DNA of 64,000 nucleotides from an uncultured Actinomycetota bacterium (GTDB taxonomy: Bacteria > Actinomycetota > Actinomycetes > Propionibacteriales > Nocardioidaceae). The translations under genes and the position numbers were made by a program. The notes below the pieces were generated by a model, which was given only the letters and a program-made list of their open reading frames with translations, made no database searches and was not told the origin of the DNA. The stretch covers positions 247,791-311,790 of the forward strand of contig CAWIPI010000004.1 of the NCBI GenBank assembly GCA_963837975.1, given 5' to 3'. Each line of letters starts with the position of its first letter. Position 1 is the stretch's first letter. Shown piece after piece: positions 57,920 to 64,000 of the stretch.

Positions 57920-58669
57920 CTAGGCGACCTCGACGAACCACTCCGTGCCCAGCACCCGTCCGGCGAGGCCGCGCGGCAGGGCGAGCAGGACCGCCACCGT
58001 GCGGATCCCCCCGCTGCGCTGCGAGACGTGGGACGCCAGCGCCGCGCGCTTCTCGGTGAGCTGGGGACGGACGTCCACGGCCAGCAGGGGGACCTCGCGG
58101 GGCGTGAAGATCTCTGTGCCCGGGAGGGTGAGCCCCCGCAGGAGCGGCGCGAACGGCCGCAACACCCGCAGCGCCCGGACCAGCCAGGTCCGGTCGAGGG
58201 TCGCCTCGAGCAGGCGGGGCCGTGACGCCGCGAGGGCCTGCGCCCGGCGGGCCACGCGGTGGACGTGGACGTGGTCGGGGTGGCCGTAGCCACCGTGGGC
58301 GTCGTACCCGGTGACGGTCTCGGCGCCCTCCTCGTCGAGGAGGGCGGCCACGGCGCGGGCGGCATCCTCCACGGGGACGTCGGCGAAGCGGCGTGCTCCC
58401 GCCGAGGGACCGCCCGCCATCCCGGAGTCCGCGTGACCGAGCCAGACGACGCGAGCGGCTCCGAGCGCGGTGGCGGACGCCGCGGCCTCCGCACGCCGCA
58501 CCCGGCCCAGCGAGTCGGGCCGGTAGCGCTCGTCGGCCAGTCCGGCGGCGCCGTCGGTCGCGAAGACGAGCACGACACGGTCGCCGGCGGCGGCCCGCTG
58601 GGCGAGCCAGCCGCCGGTCAGGAGCGCCTCGTCGTCGGGATGGGCGTGCAGGGAGACGATGGTGGCCAT
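57920..58669 (-). CDS. PIG-L family de-N-acetylase
   Basis: HAHPDDE, ATDG, DSG, GYGHPDH, HVSQ. Confidence 0.92.
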   Translation of the reverse strand: MATIVSLHAHPDDEALLTGGWLAQRAAAGDRVVLVFATDGAAGLADERYRPDSLGRVRRAEAAASATALGAARVVWLGHADSGMAGGPSAGARRFADVPVEDAARAVAALLDEEGAETVTGYDAHGGYGHPDHVHVHRVARRAQALAASRPRLLEATLDRTWLVRALRVLRPFAPLLRGLTLPGTEIFTPREVPLLAVDVRPQLTEKRAALASHVSQRSGGIRTVAVLLALPRGLAGRVLGTEWFVEVA

Positions 58670-58675
58670 CCCCGC

Positions 58676-60853
58676 TCAGGCCTCCACGGCGAGGGCCGGC
58701 CTCGCTGCCACGACACCCGGACGGTGACGCTCGGCGCGCTCGGCCGCCACCGCGTAGAGCCGGGTCGAGCGGTCCAGCGCGTCGGCCCAGTCGAGCCGTG
58801 GGGCCACGGCGCGGTTGTGGGTCGCGATCCGGTCGCGGAGCGCGTCGTCCCGGACGAGCTCGCAGAGTGCGGCCGTCATCGCGGCATCGCTGTCCACGAG
58901 CAGCCCGTCCACGCCGTCGCGGACGAACTCGGTGACGCCGCTCGCCCGGTGCGCCACGACCGGCAGGCCGGCGCAGCGTGCCTCCAGGGCGGCGATGCCG
59001 AAGGACTCCTTCGGTGCCGGGGCGACGTACGCCGAGGCGGCGAGCAGCTCGTCGCGGACCTGCTGCCGCGACAGGCGCCCGGTGACCCGGACGTGCCCGT
59101 CGAGGCCGCGTCGGCGGACGCGCCGGTCCAGACGACGGCGCAGCGGCCCGTCTCCGACGATCACGAGCCGCAGGTCCTGCCTGCCCGTCCGCCGCCGGGT
59201 CTCCTCGAAGACCCGCAGAAGCTGCAGCGGCCGTTTGCGCGGCATCAACCGCATCACGCTGACGACCACCGGCGCCCCCTCCGTGGACGGGGCGGGAGCC
59301 GGACCGACGCCGCCGCGTCGCCACGACGCGACGTCGACGGCGTTGGGCAGCAGCTCGACCGGGGCGCCGCCCATCGACCGGGCGAACGTCCGCGCAGCCG
59401 CCGAGCTGACGGCCGACCAGGCCACCGGCCAGTGACGCAGGCCGGTCAGGGAGGCGAGCCGCAGCAGGCCTCCCGTGCCGTTCCACATGGAGTGCACGGT
59501 GACCAGGACCGGCACTCCCGCCTTCACGGCCGCACGGGCGACCCCGATGCCGAAGGGGGAGAACAGCGACACGTGGACGTGCACCGCGTCGTAGCCGGTC
59601 ACCGCGCGACGGGCCGCCGAGGCCGGGATCCGGTGCACCCAGTCCGGGTCCCCGGCGCCGGGGCGGGGCGGTGTCAGCACCTGGGCGTCCAGCCCGGCCG
59701 CGCGCTGGTGGCGGACGAGGTCGTCGACGTGGGTCTCGATGCCGCCCAGGCGGGGCAGGAAGACGTCGGTGACGTGGGCGACGCGGTGCGCCGGTGACGA
59801 GATGTGCCGGCGCACGGCCTGGCGTCGCGCGAGCAGGCGCTGCCCGAGCAGCCAGGCGCCGAGGGCGGTGCTGCCGACCGGGATCTCCAGCAGGAAGACG
59901 AACGCGCGGTACAGGACCGCGGCACCGGTCACGCTGACCGGGTCGCCGCCCAGTGCCAGGAGCACGCCGACGAGGCCGAGGTCGGCGACCCCGACCCCGC
60001 CAGGTGTCAGGGGCACGATGGTCAGGGCCCGCTCGACCGCGAACGCCGCCAGGACCTCGGGCCAGGGGGTCTGGGCACCTGTCAGGTGCAGGCAGAGCCC
60101 CAGCAGCAGGCCCTGCAGGGCGACGTAGCCGCTGATGCCGACCGACATCCGCACCCATCCGCGGGCCAGCAGCTCCGCACTCTGCGCGCGGACCTCGACG
60201 AGCGCCGCGGCGAGGTCGAGGTCCCGGTCCTTCCCGAGCAGCCGCAGCACCCGGTGCGCCGCGGTCTCCAGGAAGCGGCCCAGAGCGTCCGCGCCACGAG
60301 GGCTCAGGAGCAGCAGTGCCGCGCCTGTCCCGACCACGAGGAGCCCGCCGGCGACGAGGGAGAGGGTCCGCACCTGGCCGGAGACGTGCTCGCCCGCCTG
60401 CGCCAGCGCGACCGCTCCGAGGACGGGCAGCACCAGCTTGGAGGCGACGTCCCAGAGGTTCGTCAGGAAGGTGAAGCCCGCGAAGGCGCGCCCGTCGATG
60501 CCCCAGGCCCGCATCATCCGCCGGTTCAGCTCCACTCCCGCGGCGCCGCCCAGCGGGACCACGTTCGCGACGGCGCTTCCGGTGAGGTTCAGGGTCAGGG
60601 CGCGCCGGCGGGTCAGGCCGGGTGCGGCGGCAGTGAGCACGAAGGAGTGCACGAACAGGCCGAGCACCCACACGACCACGAGGACGAGCACCCCTCGCCA
60701 GGGGACCGAGGACAGGACGGGCAGCACGGAGTGCCAGGTGACGTCGACTGCCCGCGGGAGCACGGCGTACAGGAGTGCGAGCGCAGCGCCCCAGGACAGC
60801 ACGAACCGGGACGTGGCCCACAGGTCCGAGCGGCGACCGCTCCGCCCGGTCAT
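58676..60853 (-). CDS. Fusion of LPG-synthase-TM flippase-like domain and GT4 glycosyltransferase
   Basis: N-terminal TMs with ANVVPLGG and PLTPGGVG; C-terminal TDVFLPRLGGIE, LPNAVD, VGDGP, ESFGIAALEA. Confidence 0.88.
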   Translation of the reverse strand: MTGRSGRRSDLWATSRFVLSWGAALALLYAVLPRAVDVTWHSVLPVLSSVPWRGVLVLVVVWVLGLFVHSFVLTAAAPGLTRRRALTLNLTGSAVANVVPLGGAAGVELNRRMMRAWGIDGRAFAGFTFLTNLWDVASKLVLPVLGAVALAQAGEHVSGQVRTLSLVAGGLLVVGTGAALLLLSPRGADALGRFLETAAHRVLRLLGKDRDLDLAAALVEVRAQSAELLARGWVRMSVGISGYVALQGLLLGLCLHLTGAQTPWPEVLAAFAVERALTIVPLTPGGVGVADLGLVGVLLALGGDPVSVTGAAVLYRAFVFLLEIPVGSTALGAWLLGQRLLARRQAVRRHISSPAHRVAHVTDVFLPRLGGIETHVDDLVRHQRAAGLDAQVLTPPRPGAGDPDWVHRIPASAARRAVTGYDAVHVHVSLFSPFGIGVARAAVKAGVPVLVTVHSMWNGTGGLLRLASLTGLRHWPVAWSAVSSAAARTFARSMGGAPVELLPNAVDVASWRRGGVGPAPAPSTEGAPVVVSVMRLMPRKRPLQLLRVFEETRRRTGRQDLRLVIVGDGPLRRRLDRRVRRRGLDGHVRVTGRLSRQQVRDELLAASAYVAPAPKESFGIAALEARCAGLPVVAHRASGVTEFVRDGVDGLLVDSDAAMTAALCELVRDDALRDRIATHNRAVAPRLDWADALDRSTRLYAVAAERAERHRPGVVAARPALAVEA

Positions 60854-61626
60854 GCGCTGGCCGCGCCGTCGCGCGGCGTCGCGTAGGGCGGGGCGAGGTG
60901 GAGGGGACGCGCCAGCTCCCTCGCCCGCCACCGCAGCACGAGCAGGGCGGCCTCGCGGGCGACGGCCGCGGTCATCTTGGAGGTGCCGGCGCTGCGGTCG
61001 GTGAACGTGATCGGCAGCTCGGCCAGCCGCAGCCCACGCCGCTCGCAGCGCCAGGTGTTCTCGACCTGGAAGGCGTAGCCGCTGGAGGTCGTCCCCAGGA
61101 CGCCGGCCGCGACGATCGCCTCGCTGCGCCAGGCGCGGAATCCGGAGGTCGTGTCGCGGGTGTGCAGCAGCAGCACCGAGCGGGCGTAGGCGTTGGCGGC
61201 CCGGGAGAGCGCCCGCCGCCGCGCGGGCCAGCTCGCCGTGCGCCCGCCGGGGGCGTAGCGCGAGCCGACCACGACGTCGTGGGTGCGCACCGTCGCGAGC
61301 ATCGCCGGGAGCGCTCCGGCGGGGTGGGAGCCGTCCGCGTCCATCTGGAAGACGACCTCGTAGCCCGCGGCGAGCGCCGCCGCGAAGCCGGCGCGGTACG
61401 CCGAGCCGAGTCCGTCCTTCGAGGCGCGGGGGAGGAGGTGCACCCACCGGCCGTGACCGGGGTGGGCACGGACGACGTCCTGCGTCCCGTCCGGGCTGTT
61501 GTCGTCGACGACGAGGACGTCGATGACCGCATCGGCGACCTGGGTCCGAACCGTGTCGACGTTCCGCAGCAGGTCGCCGATCGTGGAGGCCTCGTTGTAG
61601 GTCGGTACGACGATGACGCAGCGCAT
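60850..61626 (-). CDS. Polyprenol-monophosphomannose synthase (DPM1/Ppm1-like GT2)
   Basis: VPTYNE, VDDNSPDGT, GLGSAY, MDADGSH, GSRY, DTTSGFR, GYAFQVE. Confidence 0.92.
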   Translation of the reverse strand: MRCVIVVPTYNEASTIGDLLRNVDTVRTQVADAVIDVLVVDDNSPDGTQDVVRAHPGHGRWVHLLPRASKDGLGSAYRAGFAAALAAGYEVVFQMDADGSHPAGALPAMLATVRTHDVVVGSRYAPGGRTASWPARRRALSRAANAYARSVLLLHTRDTTSGFRAWRSEAIVAAGVLGTTSSGYAFQVENTWRCERRGLRLAELPITFTDRSAGTSKMTAAVAREAALLVLRWRARELARPLHLAPPYATPRDGAASA

Positions 61627-61628
61627 GG

Positions 61629-62675
61629 TCACACCCTCGTCCGCGGCGATGAAGACAGGATGAAGCCGCGGGACGCCGCTCCAGCGGGGCGCTGCGCCTC
61701 CCGAGCCGGCGGCCGTCGTCGTACGCCGACCGTCAGCGGACCCAGCACCCACGCGAGAGCCGCGACGAGCAGCCCGGCCGGGACGTCCACGGCGAAGTGC
61801 CAGCCGAGGTAGACGGTGGCCACCATCGTGCCGGCCAGGAAGACCGCGAGGACGGCGGTCGTACGGCGGAGCCGGTGCCACCAGGCGAGCCCCAGGATCG
61901 TGGCCGTCGCGGCGACGTGGAGGCTGGCGAACGCGGAGATCTGGGCGAAGGCGTCACCGGCGTGCGGATGGGCCAGCAGGTGGTCGCGCTGGGCGAGGTA
62001 GTGCGCCTGCGTGTCCTGGATCATCGTGTGCGGCAGGCGAGCGAAGTCCGCCGGTGCCGCGTGGAACGGGCCCAGGGACGGGATCGCGTAGTAGGTGACG
62101 GTCCCGAGGATCCAGACCCACACGAACGCCGCGATCCCCGCGTAGGCGTCGCGCATGCGACGGGCGAGGACCACCGCGGCCGGGAAGGCGAGCACGACCA
62201 GCGTGGGGAAGGTCTCGTACCACGCCATGAGGACCCACGCCGCCACGTGCTGACCGAGGAGGTCGTGGAGCAGCACCGCGGGGCTGTGCCCCAGGAAGAT
62301 CCAGCGGTCCCACCGGGTGAGCATCGGGTCGCGCGGAGCGTTCAGGACGTCCCAGCTCTTGAGGTTGTGATAGGTGAAGTAGGTCAGGTGGTAGGCGAGC
62401 AGCGCGCCCCACGCCAGGGCGATCCTGGCCGGGGTCCAGCGGGCCCGGACGGTCGCCAGCACGCCCCCGGGCGTGCGTGGGCGTGGCGTGCGGAGCACTC
62501 CGTCGAGCCCGACGAGCCCGAGGAAGATCCCCATCGTCAGGGCCACTCGGGTCAGGAAGTAGGCGCCGTGCGGGTCACGGAACGGGATGCCGACCTGCTC
62601 CGACCTCGCCAGCCCGACGGCGAGGAAGCACAGCACGACCACCCAGAGACGTGCCGCGCGCCGCCATGCCTTCAC
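61629..62675 (-). CDS. PAP2_3 / AUR1 (IPC synthase)-like membrane phosphotransferase
   Basis: YAIPSLGP, AFASLHV, VYLGWHFAVD. Confidence 0.85.
   Translation of the reverse strand: MKAWRRAARLWVVVLCFLAVGLARSEQVGIPFRDPHGAYFLTRVALTMGIFLGLVGLDGVLRTPRPRTPGGVLATVRARWTPARIALAWGALLAYHLTYFTYHNLKSWDVLNAPRDPMLTRWDRWIFLGHSPAVLLHDLLGQHVAAWVLMAWYETFPTLVVLAFPAAVVLARRMRDAYAGIAAFVWVWILGTVTYYAIPSLGPFHAAPADFARLPHTMIQDTQAHYLAQRDHLLAHPHAGDAFAQISAFASLHVAATATILGLAWWHRLRRTTAVLAVFLAGTMVATVYLGWHFAVDVPAGLLVAALAWVLGPLTVGVRRRPPAREAQRPAGAASRGFILSSSPRTRV
61649..61665 (-). promoter_or_regulatory. 11-bp-period direct repeat (OmpR/PhoB-type box)
   Basis: CTTCAT-N5-CTTCAT-N10-GAGGGT-N6-ATG on the minus strand. Confidence 0.55.
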
Positions 62676-62698
62676 GACGGTCACCTTGGCGCTGGTCC

Positions 62699-62715
62699 AT
62701 GAAGCGCGGATGAAG
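62699..62715 (-). promoter_or_regulatory. 11-bp-period direct repeat (OmpR/PhoB-type box)
   Basis: CTTCAT-N5-CTTCAT-N10-CAAGGT-N7-GTG on the minus strand. Confidence 0.55.
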
Positions 62716-62722
62716 CAGCCGG

Positions 62723-64000
62723 TCAGGCTCCGGTCGTCCCGGCGGCCTCGGCCGTCTCGGCCGGAGCATCCGGCTCGATGGGCAGCAGCACGGTGACGGT
62801 CATCTCCGGACCGTGGGCGCACTGAACGGGCGCCGGTCGTCCGTGCGAGCCGTGGTGACCGGCGTGGCAGAGCCGCAGCTCGCCTCCCGCCTCGTTGACC
62901 AGGGCCTCGACCAGGGAGAGCCCGAGGCCCGAGCCCGGCCGAGCCCGGGCGTCGTCGGCGCGAGCGAAACGCTGGGTCGCGGAGGTGAGGAGTGCGGTCG
63001 GCATGCCCGCTCCGGAGTCCGAAACGGACAGGCGTGCCCAGCCGGGCACGGGATCGTCCACCGTCACCTCGACCGGGGGCGCGCCGTGCGTGGCCGCGTT
63101 GTCCAGCAGGTTGGTGAGGATCCGCTCCAGCTCGAAGTCGGCGACGCCGATCGGGAGCGGCCTGGAGGGGAGCGTGACCGACACGTCCCCGGCCGCGGCG
63201 GGGTCGGCCAGGCGCCGCTGGCTGACCACCTTGCCCACGACCGCGACGAGGTCGCTGGACCCGCTGGCGCTGTGGGTGCGCGCCTCGGCCCTGCCGACCT
63301 GCAGGAGCCGGTCGGCGAGACGGGCGAGCCGGTCGAGGTCGACCGCGAGCTCGGCGAGGATGCGCTCGTGCTCGGCCTGGGTGCGGCTGCGCCGCAGCGC
63401 CAGCTGGACGCGGCTGGTCAGGAGCGTGACCGGGGTGCGCAGCTCGTGACTGGCGTCGTTGACGAACTGCCGTTCCCGCTCGAGCGCCTCCTCGAGGGAG
63501 GACAGCATGTCGTTGAACGTGTGTCCCAGACGGGTGATCTCGTCATCGCGCAGCGGTGGTACGTCGAGCCGCAGCTCGGCGCTGCCTGCCGCGATGGCGG
63601 CGGCGCGACGGCGGTACCGCTCGACGGGCCGCAGGGCCGCGCGGGCGAGACGCTCGCCCACGAGGGCGGTGATGAGCATCGCGCCGAGGCCGGCCACCAG
63701 GAGCTGCACCAGGAGCTCGCGCAGCGCCTCGTCGCGGTGGTCGCGGCGTACGCCGACGAGCAGGTAGTGCTGCGGCGAGGACCCGACCGGCGTGACGCGG
63801 AGGCGGTAGGGGTGGTGCGCGACGGGCAGGAAGTCGCCGACGTTGTAGGTGCGCGTACCGCCGTCGGCCCGGGCGAGCTGTCGCGGGCCGACCATGGCCG
63901 TCGCGCCGGCCGGGCCGCCGCTGTCACTCACGGTGCCGTCCGCGTCGAGGACCTGCCACGCCACGCCCGTCGCCTCGGCCGCCGACCGGTCGGTGACCTG
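62723..64000 (-). CDS. Two-component sensor histidine kinase (5' end outside window)
   Basis: HAMP (ALRPV...DEITRL), ASHELRTP, NLLDNA, DSGAG, GSGLGL. Confidence 0.95.
   Translation of the reverse strand, partial: QVTDRSAAEATGVAWQVLDADGTVSDSGGPAGATAMVGPRQLARADGGTRTYNVGDFLPVAHHPYRLRVTPVGSSPQHYLLVGVRRDHRDEALRELLVQLLVAGLGAMLITALVGERLARAALRPVERYRRRAAAIAAGSAELRLDVPPLRDDEITRLGHTFNDMLSSLEEALERERQFVNDASHELRTPVTLLTSRVQLALRRSRTQAEHERILAELAVDLDRLARLADRLLQVGRAEARTHSASGSSDLVAVVGKVVSQRRLADPAAAGDVSVTLPSRPLPIGVADFELERILTNLLDNAATHGAPPVEVTVDDPVPGWARLSVSDSGAGMPTALLTSATQRFARADDARARPGSGLGLSLVEALVNEAGGELRLCHAGHHGSHGRPAPVQCAHGPEMTVTVLLPIEPDAPAETAEAAGTTGA

Noticed and set aside
57558-60821. 1087-aa minus-strand ORF
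   Set aside because: Alternative frame of the flippase-GT4 and PIG-L genes; low complexity

Overview
High-GC actinobacterial DNA; gene content and intergenic repeats suggest a Nocardioides-like organism (inference). The window opens in a nitrogen-assimilation locus (nadE 3' end, class I glutamine amidotransferase, osmoprotectant ABC importer, glnA2, glnE). A long accessory stretch follows: a SatD pair, a frameshifted DUF222/HNH gene with a PafBC-type promoter, an RCC1-repeat surface protein, and a block marked by DosR/DevR-like boxes (ABC exporter, acsA-pdhABC-ACP, CBS protein, Zn-ADH, WS/DGAT). Next are a CstR-like/thioredoxin/DUF302/MMPL module with a Cys-rich microprotein, MerR-SulP and ArsR-CDF pairs, and the most striking system: a complex-I-like operon (nuoA, degenerate Fe-S-less NuoB/NuoD fusion, nuoH, J, K, L, M, N) with no redox subunits and very Met-rich NuoJ/NuoK, directly behind a metal exporter. 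The window ends with a probably two-component-controlled operon (AUR1-like PAP2, polyprenol-P-mannose synthase, flippase fused to a PIG-A-like GT4, PIG-L deacetylase) resembling early GPI biosynthesis. No rRNA, tRNA, CRISPR array, integrase or IS transposase was seen. All family calls are by motif recognition only; no searches were run.
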